Origin: an uncultured cyanobacterium
Lineage (GTDB): Bacteria; Cyanobacteriota; Cyanobacteriia; Cyanobacteriales; CAWUOF01
DNA: 64,000 nt
Direction: 5' to 3'
Assembly: GCA_963744145.1 (NCBI GenBank)
Contig: CAVUSO010000001.1
Span: 160,001 to 224,000 of the forward strand
Both the position numbers and the translations under genes were made by a program. The notes beneath the pieces are model-generated. The model had not been told where the DNA came from. It saw only the letters and a program-made list of their open reading frames with translations, and ran no database searches. Numbering within the stretch: position 1 is the stretch's first letter; each line of letters opens with the position of its first letter. Of this stretch, positions 1 through 9,423 are shown piece by piece.

Positions 1-1372
1 AATTATTTAAGGGGTCTTTAATTCCTAATAAATCCAAAATTTCTGGACGTTTCGTTAATAATCTTTGGTAAATTTCTGGATAAAGCTGCATAATTCGATC
101 GCTTAAAATTTTGGCATTAACTAAATGATTAGCAGCTAACCTCAGTAAAAATTTATCTTCTGAGGATTCAAATCGTTGAATTCTCAAACTAAGTTCTCGA
201 TTTTCTAGCTCGATTTGAGTAATTGTAAATGCTAAAGCTTCCCAATGGGGTAAGGAGGATAAATAAACTTCGATCACCGAACTATTTTCTTGATATTGTT
301 TACCTAACTCTCCTGGTTCAAAATCTCGTCCTACCGGATAGCGATCGACTGGTTTTTTCGTAGTATGATCGAACTGGGTAAATACATATTGGCAATCAAC
401 CTTAGAAAAATTAACCTCTTCAATATGCCAATTATAGATACAGCATCCAGTCATTTGCGCTCCATCTAAATTAGTCCGGATCAGATAACTATCTAATAAG
501 TAAGCATCTCTTAAATCGGCTTCACTTAACATCGCATCACTGAGATAAGCACCACTTAAATCAGCTCGTCGCAAATCAGCTCCGCGTAAATTGCTTTCAC
601 TCAGGTCAGCTAATAATAGATAAACATCTTGTAAATTAGTCCGCAATAAATGGGCTTTTTTAAAACTAGCTTTGAGCAAATAAGCACCAGAAAGATTAGC
701 CCGACTTAAATCAGCACTATTGAGCTTCGCTTCACTTAAGTCTGCTCCGATGAGAATTACTCGGTGCATATCCGCACTGGTTAAATCTGCTCCCCTCATG
801 GACACACCACTGAGATTAGCTTCAATCAAATTAGCGCCAATTAATTTAGCATCACGTAAGTTAGCTTCTTCTAGATGTGCTTCTCGCAGATTAGCATTAC
901 CCAAATCAGCACCAGTCAAATTACTTCGACGCAGATTTGCTTCCATTAATTCTGCTCCGACGAAACGACTACTATTGAGTTTGGCTTTTTCCAAGTTAAC
1001 TTGATCTAGTTTTGCTCCCTGTAAGTCTGCTCCACTTAAATCAGCTTCTAACAGAATTGCCCAATTTAAGTCTGATTCGAGCAGTTTAGCGAATCGTAAG
1101 TCAGCTTTGGTCAAATTTGCCCCGCTTAAAATTGCTTGATTGAGATTAGCACTGGTAAAAGTAGCGTTTCGCAAGTCAGCACGACGTAAACAAGCACCAA
1201 TTAGTTGACTATGGTTAAGAAATGCCCAACTGAGGTTAGCCCCCGTCAGGTTGGCTCCGGTAAGATCGATCTCGCGCAGATTAACACCACTCAGACTAGC
1301 ACCGCTAAGGTCAATGTGGGCAAAATTGCGCTCTCCTTTCTGATAGCGGTCGATAAGCTCCTGGGTTTCCAT
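1..1372 (-). CDS. Pentapeptide repeat protein (3' end runs off the window)
   Basis: Not in the ORF track because its stop codon is outside the window. Manual minus-strand translation from ATG 1372: METQELIDRYQKGERNFAHIDLSGASLSGVNLREIDLTGANLTGANLSWAFL..., followed by many A(D/N)Lxx repeats. Confidence 0.9.
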   Translation of the reverse strand, partial: METQELIDRYQKGERNFAHIDLSGASLSGVNLREIDLTGANLTGANLSWAFLNHSQLIGACLRRADLRNATFTSANLNQAILSGANLTKADLRFAKLLESDLNWAILLEADLSGADLQGAKLDQVNLEKAKLNSSRFVGAELMEANLRRSNLTGADLGNANLREAHLEEANLRDAKLIGANLIEANLSGVSMRGADLTSADMHRVILIGADLSEAKLNSADLSRANLSGAYLLKASFKKAHLLRTNLQDVYLLLADLSESNLRGADLRRADLSGAYLSDAMLSEADLRDAYLLDSYLIRTNLDGAQMTGCCIYNWHIEEVNFSKVDCQYVFTQFDHTTKKPVDRYPVGRDFEPGELGKQYQENSSVIEVYLSSLPHWEALAFTITQIELENRELSLRIQRFESSEDKFLLRLAANHLVNAKILSDRIMQLYPEIYQRLLTKRPEILDLLGIKDPLNN

Positions 1373-1752
1373 TTCGGTCCCTTAGCACAAGGTAAATTAG
1401 CAGTCAGACTGAGGTTATAGTTTAGATGTAGGTTTACTAATAGTTCTCACCTCAATGTTAAGCTAGACCTGCCAATTGAGTTGAGGGATACAACCCAACA
1501 CTGGGAATTTTTGTAGCGACTATCAACACAATTATCCCTTGACAAAATTGCTTTTTTGTGATAATAGCCGATTCTATGACAAATTTAGCGGTGAAACCGT
1601 CTCTACAGTCGATAATCATGTTTCAGATGATCAATGAATTTATGATCACAGTCAATCAGGATTTATAGGGGCAGGTTCACCCATCAATTCTGTTCCAAAC
1701 AGATTACTATGATCAACCTGTCCAACCAACACAGATAAATCACAATCAACCT

Positions 1753-1845
1753 AAGCGATCGGAGTATGCAGCGTCGGGAATTGCGGAGTATTGGATTGTT
1801 GATCCGATCGCCTAAAAGGTGACAGTTTTGGAATGGATCGCTACT
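1753..1845 (+). pseudogene. Uma2-family endonuclease fragment
   Basis: Manual translation KRSEYAASGIAEYWIVDPIA*KVTVLEWI matches the Uma2 C-terminal motif (GIxEYWIVDP); internal stop, no start codon. Confidence 0.65.
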
Positions 1846-1850
1846 CAAGC

Positions 1851-2626
1851 CGAGATATCCCAAAAAATCCTGAACTGAATGGATTTTAAGCTCTAGTTGA
1901 TCTGTTGGTTGCATAGATTGAGGGCAAAGCATTTCGGTCATATTATTCTGAGTTTCAGCTATCATTTATGCGCCGAAATGCTTTGCCCCTACAAGTAACT
2001 AAACTGGATTGGTATTTAATCAGCGATCGCTTGCCGATCAATGGGGTGTAGGGGCGAAGCATTCGGGCGATAATTTACCGATTAAACCAGCAATATTCGA
2101 TCCGAATGCTTCGCCCTTCTTCTTCTGCGCCGAGCTCCCCAAAAAATCCTGAACTGAATGTTATTTTAATATATAGTTGATCTGTTGGTTGCATAGATTG
2201 AGGGCAAAGCATTTCGGTCATATTATTCTTCCCTTCGACTCCGCCCCCTTCGACTACGCTCAGGGCAAGCTTCGACTACGCTCAGGGAACACTCAGGGTA
2301 AACGTTTCAGCAATCATTTATGCGCCGAAATGCTTTGCCCCTACAAGGAACTGAACTGGATTGGTATTTAATCAGCGATCGCTTGCCGATCAATGGGGTG
2401 TAGGGGCGAAGCATTCGGGCGATAATTTACCGATTAAACCAGCAATATTCGATCCGAATGCTTCGCCCTTCTTCTGCTGCGCCGAGTTCCCCAAAAAATC
2501 CTGAACTGAATGTTATTTTAATATATAGTTGATCTGTTGGTTGCATAGATTGAGGGCAAAGCATTTCGGTCATATTATTCTTCGTTTCAGCAATCATTTA
2601 TGCGCCGAAATGCTTTGCCCCTACAG
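1851..2626. repeat. Tandem array (about 2.5 copies of a ~279-bp unit) of paired REP-like hairpins
   Basis: AAAAAATCCTGAACTGAATG recurs at 1862, 2141 and 2493. Full units carry GAGGGCAAAGCATTTCGG...CCGAAATGCTTTGCCCCTAC and GTAGGGGCGAAGCATTCGG...CCGAATGCTTCGCCCTT hairpins. Copy 2 has an extra ~73 bp of CTTCGACTACGCTCAGGG repeats. Confidence 0.9.
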
Positions 2627-2647
2627 TTAACTAATATTTTCCATCGC

Positions 2648-4186
2648 TCAAGGTAACCACCGAGGATGAAATCCGGATAGTAATAAATCTTCTGGTTGTA
2701 ACTTCGGAGCTGTGTCTGGACTGGTGGTGGTGGAAATAACAGGAAGTAACCACAATCGACTAGTGGCGATCGGTCTACCGTCACTGGTTCTTGGGGTATT
2801 ATCTGGTAACATTCCCTGGGACTGATTAGCTGTACTAATCTGATCAAATAACAAGGCTAATCCATCTGGAGACAAACTCATTTGAATATCTCTTTGATTG
2901 GGTAAAACTAACAACGGTTTTAAATTTCCTGTGGCTAAATCGATCGCGGCTAAAAACGGTTGTTCTTGGTAATCTTTTCCTTTCATTAACTGAGTTAGTA
3001 AGCAATAAAGAGTTTGGTTCATCGGATCGAATTGAGCGCTTAAAATTGAGCCAGTTGTGCGTAACAGTTCTTTTTCTACTCCTTGATTATTCACTAAAAA
3101 TAGTGAGCGAGTATAATCACTATTATATTTTACCATAGCGGCTGAATTATCTTTGCCAAAACTCAACACTCGACCAAATTTCGCTAAAAAATCTAATGGT
3201 TCTGCTTGTGGTTTTAATGGCAAAATGGCAATTCCTTGACCTTGAGCGATCGCGATCGCGCTACTATCAGGAGCAATTAAAAACTCTCCTCCTGGTTGAT
3301 TATGTAACGGTTTTGGCTTTTCTCCATCGGTCAATAACCATAAGCCAAAATCTTCTCCAGGATGAAGACGGTTCGCTCTTTGCACGACAATATTTTGCCC
3401 ATCAGCTGATAAATCAAACTGTAAATTTTGATATTCTTTACTATCTAAAATTTTATTAATTCTTCCCGCTGTTTCCGCTTGTTTAACTGGGGTTTCTGGA
3501 GCTTGAAAATTAGGTGGGGATAGGGGATTAATTCCAGTGGTGACTGTAAATAATTCTTGCTCTAACAAACTTTTATCTTTACCATTGCGATCGGTTGCTG
3601 CAAATAAAATTCTCTCGCCGCGAGGATAAATCTTAAAATCCATTACCATCAAATCTTTGGGAGTGAGAATAACTGGTTTAGGTTTATCTAGGGAGAGATT
3701 GACTAGAATTAATCTACCTTCCTCTTCACCATCAACTCCTATATAAACAAAAGCCCGATCGCGACTGCGAAAATGACCTGTAAAAGGCTCAATTAAATGT
3801 CCATTTTCTCCTGCACCGGTCAAACCATCCCGCGCTCCTTCTAAAGTAACTTTAAATGTGGTGCCATAAGGAGCTGGTTCTACCAAGCGATAAGCCATTT
3901 TTCGCCCTACCCAGCTAAATTTACCAGGTTTTAATGATGGTGTTATTTTTAAATTTTCTTCAACAGTAGCATGAGCCATCGGGCGACTAAAAGTGAGAAT
4001 AAATGAATTATCTTCTGCTCCTACTTGTTTACCTTCCCAACTAAAATCCCGCACCTTTGGTAAAGCGTGATCCCCATTCCATAACAAGAACGCGATCGCT
4101 ACACTCAAAACAGTCATTAATGTTATTGCTGTCCGATCTATGGGCTGGGAAAATATTGGCTTCATGGGGAATGGCACGTTGGTCAT
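2648..4186 (-). CDS. Membrane-anchored Ig-like domain plus TolB-like beta-propeller protein
   Basis: 512-aa ORF; N-terminal TM helix, LTFSRPM Ig-like (Big_5-type) motif, repeated S-P/A-D-G propeller turns; co-oriented with the permease genes. Confidence 0.7.
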   Translation of the reverse strand: MTNVPFPMKPIFSQPIDRTAITLMTVLSVAIAFLLWNGDHALPKVRDFSWEGKQVGAEDNSFILTFSRPMAHATVEENLKITPSLKPGKFSWVGRKMAYRLVEPAPYGTTFKVTLEGARDGLTGAGENGHLIEPFTGHFRSRDRAFVYIGVDGEEEGRLILVNLSLDKPKPVILTPKDLMVMDFKIYPRGERILFAATDRNGKDKSLLEQELFTVTTGINPLSPPNFQAPETPVKQAETAGRINKILDSKEYQNLQFDLSADGQNIVVQRANRLHPGEDFGLWLLTDGEKPKPLHNQPGGEFLIAPDSSAIAIAQGQGIAILPLKPQAEPLDFLAKFGRVLSFGKDNSAAMVKYNSDYTRSLFLVNNQGVEKELLRTTGSILSAQFDPMNQTLYCLLTQLMKGKDYQEQPFLAAIDLATGNLKPLLVLPNQRDIQMSLSPDGLALLFDQISTANQSQGMLPDNTPRTSDGRPIATSRLWLLPVISTTTSPDTAPKLQPEDLLLSGFHPRWLP

Positions 4187-4191
4187 AAATC

Positions 4192-4968
4192 CTAGTAATC
4201 ATAGGGATTTTCTGGTTGTTTAATTGGGGTAACCGATGTTGCTTGAATCACAAGTTGAGATTTATTATCTAACTTTTCGGCAATCATCTGACCGACAATT
4301 TCTAACCAAGTATCTGCTGGAAAATTAGTGCGACTTTGCTGAAGTTTAACTGGTAATCCGACTGGATAAGCATCCGCAGCACAACAGGTAATGACAAAGC
4401 GAGAAATTAATAGATAATTCTCTGGTAGTTGGGGAGGATGAATCACAAATCCTTGGACTTTTACCTTTTGTCCAGCATATTTATCTGGGTCAGGGTAAAC
4501 AGTTAAAGTGCGGACCCACTCCACTAGAGAGCGATCTTCCGGTCGTTTACTCTGCCAAAAAGATTGATTTTGCGATCGCGTCATGGTCACCAGTTCCGTC
4601 ACACCCCGTTGAATTGCTGTTTGACTATTAAAAGCTTGGGGTGAAATAAACATTCCGAGTAGTGCTGTGATCAATAAGAGGATACTACTCCACCCAGGTG
4701 GCAAAAAAGTAAAGTGCTGAACGCTCGGTCTGGCAATTTGCTCAAGGGAGAAACGCATCTGGTTAATTAAAGTCCAGGATTGGCTAATCCCAATTCCTAA
4801 AAATCCGATCCCTGTACCAATTACCAACCATTGATAATCGGGGTGAATCAGTAAATTCAACTTCCCGACCAACCAATATTTTAACAGCAAAATTCCCCAA
4901 GCGACGATCGCTAAAACGTCCAGCCAGGGTAGCCACAAAAAACGACTTGTTCCAGGTTGATTTGACAT
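4192..4968 (-). CDS. TIGR03943/YcgQ-family (DUF1980) putative permease subunit
   Basis: LLIHP motif, 3 TM segments, RFVITCCAADA motif, C-terminal QPENPY. Confidence 0.85.
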   Translation of the reverse strand: MSNQPGTSRFLWLPWLDVLAIVAWGILLLKYWLVGKLNLLIHPDYQWLVIGTGIGFLGIGISQSWTLINQMRFSLEQIARPSVQHFTFLPPGWSSILLLITALLGMFISPQAFNSQTAIQRGVTELVTMTRSQNQSFWQSKRPEDRSLVEWVRTLTVYPDPDKYAGQKVKVQGFVIHPPQLPENYLLISRFVITCCAADAYPVGLPVKLQQSRTNFPADTWLEIVGQMIAEKLDNKSQLVIQATSVTPIKQPENPYDY

Positions 4969-4970
4969 AG

Positions 4971-6020
4971 CTAACTAATATTCAAATTTGTGGCCAGAGT
5001 CAAGAAAAATGTTAACTGGGCAGCTAAAACGAGCATATAAATTATGGGTTTGATCTTGAAGATCGACAATAATAGACCAATGCCTTTAAAGTCAATCATT
5101 GGCCCAAAAACTAGAAATGCTAACAAAGAACCACTGGTGAACATGGAGGCAAAAGATAGGGCAAAAAATGAGTCTACCGTGGAACAAATTGAGACGAGCG
5201 TGGCCAATAACATCATGGCCATAATTGAGGATATGGGTCCGGAACCTAAACTCAAAATGATTTCTCGGGGTACTAAAACTTGAATAGACGCGGCGATCGC
5301 ACTACCAATAATTAATACTCCGCCTAACTCCCGCAATTCTTGCACTGTATTATCCAAAAACAAACGCCATTTAGGGTGGGGAGATTGAGTAGTGAGATGC
5401 GGCTGAACCCCAGAATATTGTCCCAGGAGGACTGGTTCTAACTTAATTGGTCCAGTCCCCTCTCCTAACCAATAAGTGCCTGATTGGAGCAAAATTGTAC
5501 TTGGTTCTTCTAGTACAGATAACTTGGTTGGGACAGCCTGAAATTGGGGGAGAGTTCTGGCCACAACTGGTTGTAACAAAGGTTTAAGATCGACTTGGGT
5601 ACTAAATACCCAGCCTACTGTGGTGGCAATGATCAGGGAAAATCCTACTCGTAACACAACTATTTCCGGCTGGTCGCGAAAGGCAGTCCAAGTAGACCAA
5701 ATTACAATGGGATTAATGGTCGGAGCTGCTAGCAAAAATCCAATTGCGACAGGTGCTGGGACTCCCTGGAGCAACAAACGTCTGGCTACTGGGACATTAC
5801 CACATTCACAGACAGGAAACAAAAAGCCAATTAAACTGCCGGCTAGCGCCCCTAAGATGGGATTACGGGGCATCCGTGACACTAAAGCCCGTTCATCCAC
5901 AAAAAACAGCAAAAAACTTGACAAGATTACCCCTAGGAGTAAAAACGGAAACGCTTCGACTAGCAAACTCAAATACAGAGTAAAGGCATTATTTAATTGA
6001 TTAATTAATGTTAATGGCAT
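4971..6020 (-). CDS. DUF318/YcgR-family permease
   Basis: EAFPFLLLG, FPVCECGNVPV, SICSTVD and FLVFGPMID motifs; multiple TM segments. Confidence 0.85.
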   Translation of the reverse strand: MPLTLINQLNNAFTLYLSLLVEAFPFLLLGVILSSFLLFFVDERALVSRMPRNPILGALAGSLIGFLFPVCECGNVPVARRLLLQGVPAPVAIGFLLAAPTINPIVIWSTWTAFRDQPEIVVLRVGFSLIIATTVGWVFSTQVDLKPLLQPVVARTLPQFQAVPTKLSVLEEPSTILLQSGTYWLGEGTGPIKLEPVLLGQYSGVQPHLTTQSPHPKWRLFLDNTVQELRELGGVLIIGSAIAASIQVLVPREIILSLGSGPISSIMAMMLLATLVSICSTVDSFFALSFASMFTSGSLLAFLVFGPMIDFKGIGLLLSIFKIKPIIYMLVLAAQLTFFLTLATNLNIS

Positions 6021-6279
6021 TGCTCACCTATAGAAAATTTCTGGTTTGGGTCAGAGCGCTCTAAATTGCATTTAGCAGATTAGCATATAATTAACCTTTT
6101 GTTAAAAATATTATCATTTCATTAAGAATGAATAATCTTTTGCCAGTTTAAATTAGACATTCATGTTCTTCAATCTTATTTGTTAAAATCGGTGTTAGGG
6201 TAAAAGTTGAGATCAAGTTAAATTGGCATTGACATTGACAGTATTAAAATTTCCAAAAAACAGGTGTTGATATTTTGAT

Positions 6280-7326
6280 ATGTTAAGTAAGTCCTGGCCG
6301 TCATCATTAGTTCCACATATGACAGAAATGGAACGACAGAAATTCGCTTTCCATTTAGAGTCTACCCTCTTAGAGCTGCGACTTTATCCCTTTGAATTTG
6401 AATCCTATCATCTCACCAAGGAGATTGGTAAGGCTTTTAGTGATAATCCGCTGCTACCTGGGGTCATCTTAACAGAACGAGGTAATTTTTTCGGGATGAT
6501 TTCTCAACGTCGGTTTTTAGAACAAATGAGTCGTCCCTACAGTTTGGATCTGTTTGCTAATCGCCCAATTACTGCTTTGTACCGGGTGGCACAGACAGAA
6601 CTTTTGATTGTCCCTGGTAATACTCCCATTGTGGCAGCAGCATGGCAGTCTTTGCAACGTCCCGTCGAATTACTCTATGAACCACTAGTGGTGCAAATTG
6701 ATGCCAATTCTTATCGACTATTAGATGTACACCAATTATTGGTAGCCAGTGCGATTATTCACGAATTAGCTCGACGCTTGTTGCAGACAGCTAATGATGA
6801 GTTAAACCGATTAGCTACTTTAGATAGTCTAACTCAGGTAGCCAATCGTCGTCGATTTGATGAGTATTTGGAACAAGAATGGCGACGTTTAGCTCGAGAA
6901 AAAGCATACCTATCTTTAATTTTGTGTGATATAGATTATTTTAAAGCCTATAACGATACCTATGGTCATCAAGCCGGTGATCATTGTTTGCGGGAAGTTG
7001 CTGGGGCAATCCGCGTTAGTCTCAAACGTCCAGCTGATTTGGTCGCTCGGTATGGTGGTGAAGAATTTGCTGTGGTTTTACCCAATACGGATACTACAGG
7101 AGCGCTGCATATTGCCGAAGAAATTCGAGCTAGACTAAAAGAATTGCAAATTTTGCATCCCCATTCAACGGTGAGTAACTATGTCACCCTGAGTTTAGGA
7201 GCAGCTAGTCTGATCCCTAACCACCAATTTTGTTCAGCAGAGTTAATTAAAGCTGCTGATGATGCTCTTTATCAAGCTAAGTCTGAGGGACGCGATCGCT
7301 GTAATTTAAACTCCCACTTTTCCTGA
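6280..7326 (+). CDS. Diguanylate cyclase with CBS-like N-terminal domain
   Basis: DSLTQVANRRRF, CDIDYFK and RPADLVARYGGEEF (RxxD I-site plus GGEEF); N-terminal LESTL..LPGVIL..GMISQRRFLE domain. Confidence 0.9.
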   Translation: MLSKSWPSSLVPHMTEMERQKFAFHLESTLLELRLYPFEFESYHLTKEIGKAFSDNPLLPGVILTERGNFFGMISQRRFLEQMSRPYSLDLFANRPITALYRVAQTELLIVPGNTPIVAAAWQSLQRPVELLYEPLVVQIDANSYRLLDVHQLLVASAIIHELARRLLQTANDELNRLATLDSLTQVANRRRFDEYLEQEWRRLAREKAYLSLILCDIDYFKAYNDTYGHQAGDHCLREVAGAIRVSLKRPADLVARYGGEEFAVVLPNTDTTGALHIAEEIRARLKELQILHPHSTVSNYVTLSLGAASLIPNHQFCSAELIKAADDALYQAKSEGRDRCNLNSHFS

Positions 7327-7832
7327 CCAATCTTGACCCAATTAAATCACAGCTCTATGAGCTTTCGTACTTGGAGTTCTCGTTTGATTTGTGGGCAGCT
7401 AATGCCCAAAGGTGATATATATCAATCTATAGCACTATTGTCAATCCGTAAATACACTGTTGTGATCCAACTTAACTTTATGATAGATTATCTGTTGAAC
7501 AGAGATTAATAATAATTACTAAATTATCCAAATCAGGGCATAAAATGTTATTATAGGGGTAATGTGTGGCAAATGAAAGCTTTTTTTCTAAGTAGCACAG
7601 GTATAGATTAAAACTGGCATTGATGGGAATCTACTCAAAGAGATTTGATCGACGAATAACTAGAATGTTAATTCTCAATTAAAATCTTGATAAATTTTGA
7701 TTAACCAAGTTGGCTGATCTAAAAAGTGAGGTTAGAGTGGCAACTTTCATCAATTAGACTGATTTGATCAACCATATTTTTTATTAAGCAATAATAAAAA
7801 ATATAAATTTATGATTGAGGGTTTATCTTTTT

Positions 7833-8945
7833 ATGTTTGCCAGGGAATTACTCTATCCCAACCAGTCAGTTTCAACCCTAGCTCCTAGTTCTGAAGAAGA
7901 TTTGGGTTTAGATTCAACCTTACAAGAGCTGTCTTTGTATGATTTTCAAATCGAGTCCTATCGTCCGGGACGGGAAATCGCGTTAGCTTTTAAAGCTAAT
8001 CCCCTCCTTCCTGGGGTAATTTTGGTAGAAGAGGGAAAATTTGTCGGGATGATTTCCCGACAACGTTTTTGGGAACATCTCAGTCGTCCTTATGGACTAG
8101 AGTTATTTTTAAAACGACCAATCAAAACTTTATATAAATTTGTCCGTTCCGAAAGCTTAATTTTTCCTAGTGCCACTTTAATTGTCATGGCAGCACAACG
8201 AGTAGTTACTCGTCCACAGGAGTTGCTGAATGAACCGATAGTCGTACAGGTAGATCCGAATTGTCACAAAGTTTTAGATATTCATCAATTGTTATTTGCC
8301 CAGTCACAAATTCACCAATTAGCGACGATTTTATTAAGCAAATTGTATTATCAGTTGGAAGTAGCTAATCAAGAATTAGCCCAAGCTAATCAGGATTTAG
8401 AATTAGCTAATCGCGAATTGCAGAGTTTAGCAATTATCGATGATTTAACTCAACTAGCGAATCAACGTCGATTAGATGAATGTCTCAATCAAGAGTGGAT
8501 GCGTTTAGCACGGGAAAAAGCACCACTATCGATTATTATGTGTGATATTGATTATTTTAAAAAATATAACGATACTTATGGCCATCCAGCGGGCGATCGC
8601 TGTTTACGACAGGTCGCAGATGCACTCCGTCAATCAACCAGACGACCAGCTGATTTAGTAGCTCGATATGGAGGTGAAGAATTCGTGGTTATTTTACCTA
8701 ATACCACCACTGAGGGGGCAATGTACATCGCCGAAACAATTTGTACTCGAGTCAAAGATTTAAAAATTCCCCATGAAAATTCACCTATTTATCAGCAAGT
8801 AACGATTAGTTTAGGTATTGCTACCACTATTCCCAGCCATGATATTTTACCTAATAGTCTCATTGCTCAGGCGGATTTGGCCCTTTATCAAGCCAAAGCA
8901 TCGGGACGTAATTGCGTAACTGTACATCCTATCTCCCAACTATAG
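7833..8945 (+). CDS. Diguanylate cyclase with CBS-like N-terminal domain
   Basis: GGEEF motif with RPAD I-site; same N-terminal domain as 6280; ATG 7833 (MFA...) preferred by analogy with the paralogue starts at 13340 and 14463. Confidence 0.9.
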   Translation: MFARELLYPNQSVSTLAPSSEEDLGLDSTLQELSLYDFQIESYRPGREIALAFKANPLLPGVILVEEGKFVGMISRQRFWEHLSRPYGLELFLKRPIKTLYKFVRSESLIFPSATLIVMAAQRVVTRPQELLNEPIVVQVDPNCHKVLDIHQLLFAQSQIHQLATILLSKLYYQLEVANQELAQANQDLELANRELQSLAIIDDLTQLANQRRLDECLNQEWMRLAREKAPLSIIMCDIDYFKKYNDTYGHPAGDRCLRQVADALRQSTRRPADLVARYGGEEFVVILPNTTTEGAMYIAETICTRVKDLKIPHENSPIYQQVTISLGIATTIPSHDILPNSLIAQADLALYQAKASGRNCVTVHPISQL

Positions 8946-9225
8946 CACTAATTTGTCTTGCCAATACTATTGATATATTGCTAGACATGAGAAATGCCAA
9001 TATAAAGAAAATCTAAAATTAATTATCCCCGTTCATCATCGCCGAATACATTATTATTGCCATCTGGGGTAATTTCCTAGGTAATCCGATCACAATCAGA
9101 TTTACCACGGATTTAAAATAGTGGACAATCTAATTTATGAGCATTACAATTGGTAATATCCGACCATTGATTATATAAATGAGTTATTGAGAATACCAAT
9201 TTCCGATGAAATGGGACTTAAAACT

Positions 9226-9324
9226 CAATCCGGTTCAGTTAAATAAAATAGATTTTTAGGCTCGCAGGAAGCGCTTTAGCGCACTAAAGCGCTTCCTACG
9301 AACCAGCTAATCTGAATCGTATTG
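9226..9324. mobile_element. MITE-like element carrying a REP-like hairpin
   Basis: Imperfect ends CAATCCGGTTCAGTTA / TAATCTGAATCGTATTG enclose the palindrome CGCAGGAAGCGCTTTAG-CGCA-CTAAAGCGCTTCCTACG; the same ends occur at 20054, 22136 and 22621. Confidence 0.6.
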
Positions 9325-9423
9325 GATCATAAATTGTTAGGAGTTGGAGAATTTGAGTAAAAATACTTAAATATTTTTCCACCATAATCAAGAAATAACT
9401 AAGCCAAAATCAGAGAGGAGAAA

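Noticed and set aside
720-1420. Plus-strand ORFs 720-1004 and 1205-1420
   Set aside because: Antisense shadows of the minus-strand pentapeptide repeat gene
1851-2626. Possible CRISPR array
   Set aside because: Units are ~280-350 bp with no unique spacers of constant length, and there are no cas genes
1684-2847. Short ORFs 1684-1965, 2177-2371 and 2587-2847
   Set aside because: Translate repeat DNA or overlap a real gene in another frame; no protein motifs
7330-7830. Possible c-di-GMP riboswitch between the two diguanylate cyclases
   Set aside because: No GEMM-like motif recognised by eye; AT-rich with only a short hairpin; an Infernal search would be needed
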